A stretch of DNA of 35,206 nt. Origin: a virus. Taxonomy: Duplodnaviria; Caudoviricetes. This document shows, one piece after another, positions 8,297 to 17,792 of the stretch. How positions within the stretch are numbered: position 1 is the stretch's first letter; each line of letters starts with the position of its first letter. The notes beneath the pieces were generated by a model. That model had not been told where the DNA came from. It saw only the letters and a list, made by a program, of their open reading frames with translations, and searched no databases. The stretch covers positions 1 through 35,206 of IMG/VR virus record IMGVR_UViG_3300032226_000676; one strand, given 5' to 3'. A program made the position numbers and the translations under genes.

Positions 8297-9640
8297 ATGC
8301 CCGCAATCTCCACCTTCAACGACTTCATGACCACGACCGGCCCGTCGTACCTGACGAGCGCCGACCAGGTCATCAACGAGGCAGTCAAGAACACCTACGC
8401 CTTCAGCCGGCTTCTCAAGGGCAAGTCCCGCGAGCAGACGATCCAGGGTGGCACCGAGATCCGCGACGTCATCATGTTCGATGACTCGCGAACCTACGAC
8501 CACTACCAGCCGAACGACACCTTCACCTGGCGCAACCCGCAGGTCACCGACTACGTCCGGGCGCCGTGGCGCTTCCACATCGACCACATGTCGTGGACTG
8601 ACGCAGAGGTCGAACTCAACACGGGTGAGACTGCTGCGAGCACCAAGGTCGCCTACAAGCGGCTGAAGCGCATCAAGGAGCAGCGCATGTGGACCTCGAT
8701 GCTCAACGGCTTCGAGGAGGACCTCTGGGCTCCGCCGAACATCGCGAACATGGAGGCCGACACGGGCAAGTTGCCGTACTCGCTTCCGTTCTTCCTGACC
8801 GAGGTCGGTCAGAACTTCGGCGGCGCGCTTGGTCACCGTGGCACGGCTCCGTACACCGCGACCACCAACACCAGCCACACGGTCATGCGCATCAGCCCGT
8901 TCAGCGAGAACCGCTGGACGAACCTGATCGAACTGTACAACTGCGAGGCGTCCGGCATCAACCCGGCCAACTCCAACTGGGGAACCACCTTCACGCCGTC
9001 GCTCGACGGCGACACGGTGTACAACCAGTCGGGAACCGCGGCCACGTTCAACGTGCCGAACCTCTTCAACGCGATGGACACGATGTTCATGCGTCTGAAG
9101 TACGAGGCCCCGAGCACCCGGCAGCAGTACTTCGAGAACGACAACCTCAACCGCCAGATGATCCTCACCTCGCGGATCGGCGTTCAGAACTACCGCAACG
9201 CGCTCCGGCAGTCGAACGACACCCTGGTCTCGTACCAGGATGCCTCGTACTCGAGCCCGGCCTACGCCGGCATCGACGTGACCTACTGCTCCGACCTCGA
9301 CACCGCTGCGATCTACCCTGCCGCATCGTCTGCGGCTACGCAGAGCGTGACCGGGTTCAATGCGTCGACTTCGGCACTCACCGCCGGCGCTGCGCCTTCC
9401 GGAGGCGGGTTCGGCACCGAGTTCGGCGCGAACACCATCGTCAAGGCTCCGCGCTACTACTTCGTGAACGGCAACTACCTCACGCCGATCTTCCACGCGC
9501 GTCGCTACTTCAAGCAGCACGAGGTCCTGCGTCACCCCAACCAGCCGTTCACCTACGTGCAGCCCGTGGACTGCTGGTCGAACCTGTTCTGCAACAGCCG
9601 CCAGCGGCACGGCGTCGTCGCGCCGATGTTCGTCTCTTGA
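8297..9640 (+). CDS. Major capsid protein (HK97-fold inferred)
   Basis: 447 aa, strong SD GGAGG, very biased C-ending codons suggesting high expression, IQGGTEIR motif and C-terminal NLFCNSRQRHGV; synteny. Confidence 0.85.
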   Translation: MPAISTFNDFMTTTGPSYLTSADQVINEAVKNTYAFSRLLKGKSREQTIQGGTEIRDVIMFDDSRTYDHYQPNDTFTWRNPQVTDYVRAPWRFHIDHMSWTDAEVELNTGETAASTKVAYKRLKRIKEQRMWTSMLNGFEEDLWAPPNIANMEADTGKLPYSLPFFLTEVGQNFGGALGHRGTAPYTATTNTSHTVMRISPFSENRWTNLIELYNCEASGINPANSNWGTTFTPSLDGDTVYNQSGTAATFNVPNLFNAMDTMFMRLKYEAPSTRQQYFENDNLNRQMILTSRIGVQNYRNALRQSNDTLVSYQDASYSSPAYAGIDVTYCSDLDTAAIYPAASSAATQSVTGFNASTSALTAGAAPSGGGFGTEFGANTIVKAPRYYFVNGNYLTPIFHARRYFKQHEVLRHPNQPFTYVQPVDCWSNLFCNSRQRHGVVAPMFVS

Positions 9641-9661
9641 TCCCGAAGGAGGGACACACAC

Positions 9662-10177
9662 ATGATTCCTGGAATTCTCACTCCCTCAGGCAACCTCGGC
9701 GGCCTCACGGCGCACCAGGTCACCGTTCAGCCCATTGCCGACGTGGCCGTCGCCGTCGGTGATCTCGTCAAGTTCGACCTCGATGACGCCGGCTCAGGTG
9801 GTTTTGCCGACATCGCATTCATCGATGACCCCGACAACAAGAAGAACCCGTTCAACGTGGTCAAGTTGGCCGCCGCCGGCTCGTCCGCGACCACGGAGAA
9901 GGGCGGAATCTGGGGTGTTGTCACCGAAGCGGCCGCCGCAGGCGCTCGGTGCAAGGTCTGCATCGCAGGCGTCGTGACCGCGAAGGTCACCGGAGCAGTG
10001 ACGGCGGGCGTGACTCCGCTGATCGCTGGCGCCGGCGTTCTCACGCTGGCTCCGACTACTCCGAGCATCAACAGCAGCCCGGCTCTCGGTTTGGCGCTGG
10101 AGACGCAGGCCAGTGGAACTGGCGTCATTCGTCGTGTCCTGATCCAGGGCATGGCGTTCTGCACTCCGGGCGTCTGA
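9662..10177 (+). CDS. Capsid decoration/cement protein
   Basis: 171 aa Ala/Gly/Val-rich, VAVGDLV...GVVTEAAAAG..CKVCIAG..LGLALE pattern; follows MCP with AGGAGG SD. Confidence 0.7.
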   Translation: MIPGILTPSGNLGGLTAHQVTVQPIADVAVAVGDLVKFDLDDAGSGGFADIAFIDDPDNKKNPFNVVKLAAAGSSATTEKGGIWGVVTEAAAAGARCKVCIAGVVTAKVTGAVTAGVTPLIAGAGVLTLAPTTPSINSSPALGLALETQASGTGVIRRVLIQGMAFCTPGV

Positions 10178-10192
10178 CCTGACAACTACTAC

Positions 10193-10226
10193 CGGGGCGC
10201 CGTGGGAAACCACGGCGTCCCGCTTC
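10193..10226 (+). terminator. 13-bp GC stem with GAAA tetraloop after capsid/decoration genes (terminator or attenuator)
   Basis: CGGGGCGCCGTGG-GAAA-CCACGGCGTCCCG (one G-U pair); only a weak U-tail (CTTCG). Confidence 0.7.
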
Positions 10227-10227
10227 G

Positions 10228-11010
10228 ATGATCGACTACGGTGGACTCAAGCGGCACATAACCCTCGCGCTCGGCGGCAAGCCGTCGATCGTGAGCGGTG
10301 TCACGCAAGAAGAGCGTCTTGCTGAGATCATCAACCAGGCAGGTCAGTACCTGTTCTCCAAGCAGTGGCGGTTCCGCGAGCGCACCTCGCGACCGATCTC
10401 GCTGGTGGCGAACCAGGAATGGGCTTCCCTTCCCAATGACGCGGATGAGATCGTCACTCTCGTCGCCAAGGCCGGACTCGGATGGCGGGTGGAACTCACC
10501 ACGCCGCAGCAGATCGAGTTGTTCCGGAGCAGCATGGCTCCTGCGCTCAACGACAGCGTCTACTACGCCGCGTTGACGCGACCGTGGGCGCAGACGGGAA
10601 CGACCACTCCGATCGTCGCCGGCGCTGCCGTGCTGCCAGCTGCCCGTCTCGACCTGTACCCGACTCCGCAGGCTACGTCGACGGATTCGATCATCGTCCG
10701 CTATCGGGCGGGATGGCTCGAGGTGTCCGGAACGACTGGAGCGATCACCAACGACAAGTACATCTTCCCCGTGCCTCCGTACATCGATTCGCTGCTGATC
10801 GCCTACTGCCGGGCGTTCGCGATCTCGTATGAGGACGAGGGTCTTGCCGCGCGGCTTCTCGAGATCGACAACGGTCCGATCTACAACGCCGCCGCAATCA
10901 AGGATGGCATACAGCAGGGCGACTACGGTCGCCTCCCGGCCGTGCGCGCAGGGTCTTACGTCTCCGACCCGGTTCGTTATCGCAGGGGGTTCCTGTCCGG
11001 TCCCGCGTGA
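10228..11010 (+). CDS. Head-tail adaptor (podovirus tail tubular A-like)
   Basis: 260 aa; IINQAGQYL...WRFRE, LDLYPTP and LLIAY motifs typical of adaptor proteins; synteny. Confidence 0.7.
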   Translation: MIDYGGLKRHITLALGGKPSIVSGVTQEERLAEIINQAGQYLFSKQWRFRERTSRPISLVANQEWASLPNDADEIVTLVAKAGLGWRVELTTPQQIELFRSSMAPALNDSVYYAALTRPWAQTGTTTPIVAGAAVLPAARLDLYPTPQATSTDSIIVRYRAGWLEVSGTTGAITNDKYIFPVPPYIDSLLIAYCRAFAISYEDEGLAARLLEIDNGPIYNAAAIKDGIQQGDYGRLPAVRAGSYVSDPVRYRRGFLSGPA

Positions 11011-11026
11011 TAAGAGGAATGGATCC

Positions 11027-11296
11027 ATGACGGAAGATGGCAAGAAGACCTCTCAGGTGACCGCAGCGTGGGCGAACTTCGTCGCGCTCTGCATCGGCAT
11101 CGGCACGATCCTGGTCTACATGGGCCGCAAGGATCAGCAGTTGGCGACAACAACTGAGCAAGTCAGGGAACTCAGCAACATCGTCTCCGATCTGGCGAAA
11201 GCCAACGTCGGGTTCTCACTCACGGACAAGCAGACGGAAGACCGTCTGCGCGATCTAGCCGCACGGCTGGATCGACTCGAAAGGACAAAGCAATGA
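11027..11296 (+). CDS. Single-TM plus coiled-coil membrane protein (holin/antiholin-like)
   Basis: TM segment WANFVALCIGIGTILVYM followed by heptads; GAGGA upstream. Confidence 0.6.
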   Translation: MTEDGKKTSQVTAAWANFVALCIGIGTILVYMGRKDQQLATTTEQVRELSNIVSDLAKANVGFSLTDKQTEDRLRDLAARLDRLERTKQ

Positions 11297-11502
11297 CCGA
11301 ATTCATCCCGTCCTGGCGCACCACCGTTGCGGGTATCGGAGCCATGCTCGTCGCCATCGGCGGCGCGCTGGCCGCGACGTTCGACAACGACCCGGTGACC
11401 GTCGCTGACTGGACTGCCGTGGTCGCCGCGTGCATCGCGGGCTTCGGCCTGATCTTCGCGCGCGACAACAAGGTGAGCAGCGAGAAGGCTGGCGCGAAGT
11501 GA
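11293..11502 (+). CDS. Holin-like two-TM protein (69 aa)
   Basis: SWRTTVAG start, two hydrophobic helices, charged C-terminus ARDNKVSSEKAGAK. Confidence 0.7.
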   Translation: MTEFIPSWRTTVAGIGAMLVAIGGALAATFDNDPVTVADWTAVVAACIAGFGLIFARDNKVSSEKAGAK

Positions 11503-11539
11503 CCCAAGGGTACGACGACTGGTTCGAGGAGAACGCCCC

Positions 11540-11767
11540 GTGTTCGACCGAGTACTCGCGCAGATCGTCCTCGGCCTCCTGTCGTACCTCGAGAAACGCC
11601 TGGAGCGTGGCTCCTTGGCGGTCGATGCTGACGTGGATCGCGATCGTCTCCGCCGTGGTGGCGCTCGGATTCGCGCTTGGCTGCGGCAGCAGGGCGGTGT
11701 TCATCCCGGATCAAAGCCCGGTGAGGCTGGGCCCGGGGATCAAGGGAAGGGTGTGGATGCTGGTTGA
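11540..11767 (+). CDS. Putative inner-membrane spanin-like protein (Rz-like)
   Basis: GAGGAG SD upstream of GTG; short N-terminal hydrophobic anchor; overlapped out of frame by a lipoprotein gene. Confidence 0.45.
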   Translation: MFDRVLAQIVLGLLSYLEKRLERGSLAVDADVDRDRLRRGGARIRAWLRQQGGVHPGSKPGEAGPGDQGKGVDAG

Positions 11768-11858
11768 CGGGCAGTGGACTCTGTCCGCGAACAGCATCGA
11801 GTTGCCGGAGGGCATGTACATCGTGCCGCCGAGGTTCGTCGAGGAAGGTGACCAATGA
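11625..11858 (+). CDS. Lipoprotein, putative outer-membrane spanin (Rz1-like, 77 aa)
   Basis: Signal peptide MLTWIAIVSAVVALGFALG|C with lipobox; Pro-containing mature part; ATGA overlap with tail fibre gene. Confidence 0.6.
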   Translation: MLTWIAIVSAVVALGFALGCGSRAVFIPDQSPVRLGPGIKGRVWMLVDGQWTLSANSIELPEGMYIVPPRFVEEGDQ

Positions 11859-12946
11859 CCGCCAAGATCCAGATCCGCCGCGACACGACCACCAACTGGA
11901 ACACCGGATCCCCGACCCTCGCGCAGGGTGAGTTGGGATATGACACAACGCTCAACCAGTTGAAGATCGGAACGAACCTCGCTGCCACGGCATGGGCTTC
12001 GCTTCCCTGGCTGACGGGAACCTTCCCCGTGTTCTCGTCGCCGGCTAGCACCGACCTCAACAACGCAGGAAACAGCGTGCAGGGCGTCTACCGCTTCTCG
12101 AGCGGCTCGGGCCTCACGAACGGGCCTACGGCTCCGATCGACATCAAGGCTGCGGACGGCGGTGTTTCGATGCTCGTCTGCGCCTTCGGATCGATCGTCC
12201 TCCAGCAGTTGTGGACGGACGGAGATGGAACGCAGCCGCAGAAGACGTACTCGCGAATCTTCGACACCGCATGGCGTTCGTGGATCGCGCAGAACGCATG
12301 GGGAGTCAGCGCGACCGAGGGCGTTGACATCCTCGCGAAGAGTATCGACATCAAGGACACCGCATCCATCGCGGGAATCGCATCGTTCGCGGATGGCGCG
12401 GTGGGTACGCCGGCGATCACCAACATCGGTGACACGAACACCGGGATCTACTTCCCGGCTGCCGATGAACTCGCGCTCGTTACCGCAGGAACCCAGGCGC
12501 TGGTCGTCGGCTCGTTGCAGGGAGTGACCTGCAAGTCGAACGTGCAGATCGATGGAACGCTCGATATGACGAGCGGCCTCATCAGCAACGTCGCAGACCC
12601 GGCGAATCCGCAGGATGCCGTGACGCGCAGTTACCTCGAGCAGGGGTCGAACCGCGTTGGCATCTCCGCGATCGTGACCTTCAACTCCAGCGCAGTTCCG
12701 CAGACCGAACTGATCGGAACGGCGTTCGACAACAGCAGCCCGTTCTCGGTGTTCAGCAACGGGTCGTCGGGCATCGGCAACATCCGATGCACGGCATCGC
12801 AGCAGTGGCGAGGGATCGTCCTCTACGCTACGGGCGCCACGGAAGACTGCCTGGTGACGAGTTCTGCCTGTACCCGTGGCAACGGATCGACCGCTCTCAC
12901 TGCCGCCGCAGCCGCGTTCTCAATGCACCTGATGCGAACTTCATGA
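11855..12946 (+). CDS. Tail fibre/spike with Mtd_N (hyaluronidase-N-like) anchor domain
   Basis: KIQIRRDTTTNW...PTLAQGELGYDT...LKIG...W.SLPW N-terminus; GDTNTGIYFP and VADP.NPQDAVTRSY fibre motifs. Confidence 0.8.
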   Translation: MTAKIQIRRDTTTNWNTGSPTLAQGELGYDTTLNQLKIGTNLAATAWASLPWLTGTFPVFSSPASTDLNNAGNSVQGVYRFSSGSGLTNGPTAPIDIKAADGGVSMLVCAFGSIVLQQLWTDGDGTQPQKTYSRIFDTAWRSWIAQNAWGVSATEGVDILAKSIDIKDTASIAGIASFADGAVGTPAITNIGDTNTGIYFPAADELALVTAGTQALVVGSLQGVTCKSNVQIDGTLDMTSGLISNVADPANPQDAVTRSYLEQGSNRVGISAIVTFNSSAVPQTELIGTAFDNSSPFSVFSNGSSGIGNIRCTASQQWRGIVLYATGATEDCLVTSSACTRGNGSTALTAAAAAFSMHLMRTS

Positions 12947-15261
12947 CCCACATCACCGTCCAACTTCCTTTCAAGGGCTTCACGGAGCAGTCGCAGTTCT
13001 CTGCGGTTCCCCCGGGCATGACTCCGTCATGCCTTAACGTGATGCCGATTGATCCCTGGAACGGACGGACGCGGATCGGAACCCGAAACGGAACTCGGGT
13101 CTACAGCAGCGGAGACGTGCAGTTCCTTTCCTCCTACCGGATCTACGAGGCAGGAACGCTCGTTGAGAAGATCATCCTCGTCCGTGGAGGAAAGATCTAC
13201 TTCGGAGATCCGCAGGCCGACGTGAACACCACGGAGGCCACCGTCACCCTGTTTGGTGACGGTACGACTCAGACAACCGCATTTCTGAACACCTCAGGAT
13301 TAGTTGAAGGCGTTCAGTTCAACGAGCACTTCTACTTCGTCGACGGAGATCACTACGTTCTAGTGCATCTCGCGACACCGACGTCCGCAACGGCGGTGAC
13401 GGTATGGGGAGATGATTCTCCTAAGCACGGCCCCTTCCATACCGACCCGTCCGGAGGCTACACCGCCGGCGATGGGACTCGGGCGACCCTCATCTGTCGA
13501 TGGGGGTCGCGCCTGGTGCTGGCTGGCTACAAGAACACGCCCAACATCTGGTTCGCCTGTTCTCCAGATGACACCTGGCCCATTGCAGGTGGTTCGGGCG
13601 GATCGCTCGTCGATGGATGGAGCGGATCGAATCCAATCGGCGCGGTCACCGGCACATCCGCGAACGAGTATGGAACGCTGGGTGATCCGATCGTCGCGAT
13701 CTTCCCGTTCGCACAGAGCGGACTGATGTTCGCCTGTACCAACTCGTTCTCGTTCCTCACCACCGACCCGGTGTTCGAGGAGTCGGTCAACATGGTGAGC
13801 CTGACGCGCAGCATCGGCATCGCAGGCCGCCGCGCGTGGTGTCAGTCGCAGGAGAAGGGCGCGTTCATCCTCGCGAACGACGGCCTGTACTTCATCAACG
13901 CGAACGACTTCAACTTCAACCGCGCGAACCGCGTCAGCGCGGGTCGCCTCGATTCCTTCTTCCTTCGGCTCGACTTCGGAACGCCCGCCATCGGCGGCAA
14001 TGGCACGCTGTCGGGAGGAACGCTCAAGAACATCGCCACTGATGGTGGAAGCGGAAGCGGAGCCAAGGTCAATCTCGAGACTGAGGATGGCGGCATCACG
14101 GATTCCGCGACTGCGGAGACGATCGACATCGCCGCAGGAATCGGTGCATCGCTCGTCGGCGGATTGTCGTCGGGCGAGGTGTTTCCAGTTCTCTGCTACG
14201 ACCCGGATCGCGAGGGCGTGTGGGTATTCCTCACGGTCAACGGGGTAGAGGCCTCGAGCCTCCATCTCTACTACGACCTCAAGACCGACTCGTTCTGGCC
14301 GCAACGGTTTGCATCGACCAAGATGCTCGGGCCCGTTGCTGTCACCTACATCGGTACGTCGCGGTCGAAGGAAGGTCGCCTGTTCCTCGGCAGCACCCAG
14401 TCGATCAGCATCCTTCAGAAGGGTCAGCCCGTCGGGATCGATTCCTTTGACTCGGAGTTGGGCAAGGAAGCGCAGATCAGTCAGTTCGTCAGGTCGAGCC
14501 TCACGCTCGGGCCGATCATCGCTCCGCTTCCATACCGAGCGATGCTTTCGGAACTCCGGGTTGATCTTGCCGATGACGTGTACGAACTTCCATCCGGGTT
14601 CACAAACTACAGCACGGCTCCTGTCCTGAGCATCGCCGCCGGAGACACCGCCCAGAGCGCGCTCGGGTTGCAGACGGATTCGCTGTTCGTCATCAACCTC
14701 AACCCGCTGAACATCGACTGCGGCGCGGCGGTGGTGTCATCTCCGTTCCCGACCTATGACGGCGGAACGAGCGCGACGCCATCTCCTGACTTCATCGATG
14801 GGCGGTACGCAGTCCGTCCGTTCGGGGAGTATGCGCAGACCGACCCGTTCGCCATCGGAACCACGCGCGTCTACGATGGCCCCGGCGACTGGCTGATCCG
14901 TTGGGCCAACTACCTGTCCTCCGACCGATGGACGATCGCCAAACTCGTCGGCGCCAGCTACGAGATCGAGTACTACCAGTTGACTCCGGATTCGGCGTCT
15001 CCGAACGGGTCGATGGTCACGATCCGCGAGGATCCGATCAGCCCGGACAGGCCGGACAACGCCGACGTTTCGGGTGCTTCGTTCCCCGAATCTGAGGTCA
15101 CGGAGATCGGTTCGCTTGTTCCCGGCCGGAACACGGCGAAGAAGTGCCGAATCAGGTCAGAGGCCATGTACATCACGGTCGCCAGCGACGGCAGACCGTG
15201 GGCGATTGAGCGGATGTCCGCCATCGTCTCTCAGGTCGGCAAGAGCAGAGGAGATCCCTGA
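12943..15261 (+). CDS. Tail nozzle / DNA stabilisation protein (P22 gp10 / T7 gp12-like), 772 aa
   Basis: Beta-propeller-like composition, LPFKGF...CLNVMP N-terminus typical of this class; ATGA coupling; synteny. Confidence 0.7.
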   Translation: MTHITVQLPFKGFTEQSQFSAVPPGMTPSCLNVMPIDPWNGRTRIGTRNGTRVYSSGDVQFLSSYRIYEAGTLVEKIILVRGGKIYFGDPQADVNTTEATVTLFGDGTTQTTAFLNTSGLVEGVQFNEHFYFVDGDHYVLVHLATPTSATAVTVWGDDSPKHGPFHTDPSGGYTAGDGTRATLICRWGSRLVLAGYKNTPNIWFACSPDDTWPIAGGSGGSLVDGWSGSNPIGAVTGTSANEYGTLGDPIVAIFPFAQSGLMFACTNSFSFLTTDPVFEESVNMVSLTRSIGIAGRRAWCQSQEKGAFILANDGLYFINANDFNFNRANRVSAGRLDSFFLRLDFGTPAIGGNGTLSGGTLKNIATDGGSGSGAKVNLETEDGGITDSATAETIDIAAGIGASLVGGLSSGEVFPVLCYDPDREGVWVFLTVNGVEASSLHLYYDLKTDSFWPQRFASTKMLGPVAVTYIGTSRSKEGRLFLGSTQSISILQKGQPVGIDSFDSELGKEAQISQFVRSSLTLGPIIAPLPYRAMLSELRVDLADDVYELPSGFTNYSTAPVLSIAAGDTAQSALGLQTDSLFVINLNPLNIDCGAAVVSSPFPTYDGGTSATPSPDFIDGRYAVRPFGEYAQTDPFAIGTTRVYDGPGDWLIRWANYLSSDRWTIAKLVGASYEIEYYQLTPDSASPNGSMVTIREDPISPDRPDNADVSGASFPESEVTEIGSLVPGRNTAKKCRIRSEAMYITVASDGRPWAIERMSAIVSQVGKSRGDP

Positions 15262-16055
15262 TGTCATGGTTTTCCGAAATCCTCAGCGGCGGAGCGGGCG
15301 CGCGTCGCGCCGCGATGTCGCGGGCTGGTCAGCAGGCAGTCTCCGATTTCCGCGCTCTCGGCGAGGAGTACTCCACGCTGTTCGGGCCGATCATGGAGCA
15401 GATGTCGCGCGACCGGGCTGCGAACATCGGACTCTACCGCGAGCAGATGGGTCGCGCGCAGGCGGACTACACGCGGTACTTTGAGCAGGCCCGCACCGAA
15501 TACGGAACGGGTATGCAGCGCGCCCTCGACGAGATGCGCATCGGTCGCGAGTCGACGATCGCCCTGTCGCGCCAGCAGACGGAGCGTCAGATGCAGCGCG
15601 CGAGCGCGGCGAATGCCTTCTCCGGCATCGGGCAGTCCTCGTTCGGACAGGGACGGCTGGAGGCGATCGGTCGCCAGGGCGTGTTGCAGGAGGGCGCGAT
15701 TCGCGAGCAGTACGCAGGGCAACTCTCCACGCTCGAGGCGCAGCGCGCCGCCGGACTGAGCGGCATCTCCGCGCAGATGGGTCAGGGCCTTGCGAATCTC
15801 GGCCAGCAGCAGGCTGCGATGCTGTCCAACATCTACCAGTCGTACTCCGGCGCGATGGGCTCTTCGCGGCAGCAGGCGCTTGCGAACCAGTTCAACATGT
15901 ACCAGCAGGGGTACAACATCTCGTCGAACTACCAGGGTCAGTCGGCGCAGTTGTCGGGACTCGCATGGAACCCGGCGTCGCAGTTCTTCGGGAGCGCGCT
16001 TGGAGCGACGGCGAACTCCCTGTTCGGAACTCCGCAGAACCAGCAGCAGGGCTAA
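15261..16055 (+). CDS. Putative internal virion / DNA ejection protein (264 aa)
   Basis: Gln/Ala/Gly-rich helical protein following nozzle gene. Confidence 0.6.
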   Translation: MSWFSEILSGGAGARRAAMSRAGQQAVSDFRALGEEYSTLFGPIMEQMSRDRAANIGLYREQMGRAQADYTRYFEQARTEYGTGMQRALDEMRIGRESTIALSRQQTERQMQRASAANAFSGIGQSSFGQGRLEAIGRQGVLQEGAIREQYAGQLSTLEAQRAAGLSGISAQMGQGLANLGQQQAAMLSNIYQSYSGAMGSSRQQALANQFNMYQQGYNISSNYQGQSAQLSGLAWNPASQFFGSALGATANSLFGTPQNQQQG

Positions 16056-16066
16056 AGGAACCACCA

Positions 16067-16540
16067 ATGATCGACGACGATTTCCTTCTCTCCATCGGTC
16101 AGGGCATGGCCGAATCGGACAACCCCTTCGCCCGTGGCTTCGGAGCATCGCTCGGCGGCGGCGCGGCTCGCCGCATCAAGCGCCGTGAGGACGAGGACGC
16201 CCGTAAGCGCGAGATGCAGGATCGGCTCGCGCTGATGCGCGAGGGGTTCGCCATGAAGAAGCAGGAGCGCGCCGACATCGCTGCGGAAGACATCGCGGCG
16301 CGCGATGCGGAACTCGAGCGATACAGGAACATGGGGTACGCCGTCGCATTCCCCGGATCCGATACGGAGGACGCCCGCCTCAAGCGCGACATGCAGGCGT
16401 TCTCGGAATGGTTCTCCTCGCTGTTCCCCGCTGAGGGGATGAAGGTGCCGGAGAAGCCGCCCGTCGACGTCACGCAGCCGGCGCCGAAGCCGAAGAAGAA
16501 GCCCAGTTACTTCGAGATGTACGGCGAGCCGATCTCGTGA
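16067..16540 (+). CDS. Putative internal virion protein (157 aa)
   Basis: AAGGA SD before ATG 16067; Gly-rich N-terminus and charged helix. Confidence 0.55.
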   Translation: MIDDDFLLSIGQGMAESDNPFARGFGASLGGGAARRIKRREDEDARKREMQDRLALMREGFAMKKQERADIAAEDIAARDAELERYRNMGYAVAFPGSDTEDARLKRDMQAFSEWFSSLFPAEGMKVPEKPPVDVTQPAPKPKKKPSYFEMYGEPIS

Positions 16541-16551
16541 AGGAGAACCAG

Positions 16552-17790
16552 ATGGATCGCGTCCCGACCGAACCGACAGCACCGATGAGCGCGGAGTCCG
16601 TGCCGGGAGGCACGTACATCCCTCAGCCAGCAGGCGTCAATGTCCCGAAGCCCGCGTCGCAGCCGCGTCGCGCGCCGGGCGGCATCATGGACAAATCGAT
16701 GTCCGATGCGACATTCGGTCGCGCCAGCGATGTCAACGACTTCGACCTGACGATGCGCGGCATTGCCGATGGCGATCCAGTCGGCCTTGAGACGTTCGAT
16801 CTCGGGTTCTTTGAAGACGGAACCCCGCTGATCCGCATCAACGGAGCGAACGTCCCGATTCGGCATGAGCAGTGGATGGGTCTTCTGTCCGCCCGCTCGA
16901 GCGCGCGTAGGGAACTCTCCGACCGCATGGAGTTTGCGGTCAAGGCGAAGCGCGCCCGCGAATCCGTCGCCAAGGTCACCGCCGCCATTCCGAACCTGCC
17001 CATCGGCATGGGAGAGATGCTCGGTCAGCAGGCAGAGATCGACCCGGATGCTGCGATCACCAACCTGTCGCGCATGTACCAGTCGATGATGAAGGACGGC
17101 GCGCAATCGCTGATGGGCGACATCGGCGGGGAGTTGCAGGCCTGGAAGAACGACAAGTCGCTCGGGTTCATGCTGCGCGCCGGCAAGGAGCGCAAGGAGG
17201 TTCGGCAGAATCCCGCCGACCCGCGCCTTCCCCCCGTTGAGGTGACCATCCCCGGCGTGTCCAAGCGCGACGAGCGGGTCACCAAACTCCGATCCTCGAG
17301 CAACCCGCAGGACGCGATGACCCTTCTCGCCTACGAGAAGATGGAGGACTTCGCGCTCGACCCCAACATCCGCAAGGCGTTCCCGGGTCTTCGGATCGGC
17401 ATCTTCGACCGGATCGGCAAGTTCGAGCAGGATCGGTACTCTCCGATGTCGCTGTTCTCCCGGCTTCAGCATATCGCCGCGTACAACGGCGGTGACTTCC
17501 CGATGACCGTTCCGCTCCAGCACGCGGGAGTGGTTACGCCCGATGCCAGCGGGCAGGTGAACAACGCGGTGGCCATCGCGCAGTACCGTGCGTATCTCGA
17601 GCAACTGGATCAGTTCGCGACCGCGCTCGGTTACGATCTGAGCAGCGAGGAATCGCTCAACATGATGGCGATCGAGATGGTCGGCATCGCCACGCGATCC
17701 ATGCAGCAGGCAGGACAGCCGTCGCAGCAGCCGCAGGCCATGCAGCCGCAGCAGGCTCCTCGCTCACGGCCGCGAGCAACAAGGGGTTGA
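16552..17790 (+). CDS. Putative internal virion protein (about 412 aa)
   Basis: AGGAG SD at 16541-16545 favours ATG 16552 over GTG 16537; position in ejection-protein block. Confidence 0.6.
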   Translation: MDRVPTEPTAPMSAESVPGGTYIPQPAGVNVPKPASQPRRAPGGIMDKSMSDATFGRASDVNDFDLTMRGIADGDPVGLETFDLGFFEDGTPLIRINGANVPIRHEQWMGLLSARSSARRELSDRMEFAVKAKRARESVAKVTAAIPNLPIGMGEMLGQQAEIDPDAAITNLSRMYQSMMKDGAQSLMGDIGGELQAWKNDKSLGFMLRAGKERKEVRQNPADPRLPPVEVTIPGVSKRDERVTKLRSSSNPQDAMTLLAYEKMEDFALDPNIRKAFPGLRIGIFDRIGKFEQDRYSPMSLFSRLQHIAAYNGGDFPMTVPLQHAGVVTPDASGQVNNAVAIAQYRAYLEQLDQFATALGYDLSSEESLNMMAIEMVGIATRSMQQAGQPSQQPQAMQPQQAPRSRPRATRG

Positions 17791-17792
17791 CC

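Noticed and set aside
11855-12946. Diversity-generating retroelement suggested by the Mtd_N domain
   Set aside because: No reverse transcriptase and no template/variable repeat pair seen in the window; Mtd_N is only an anchor domain
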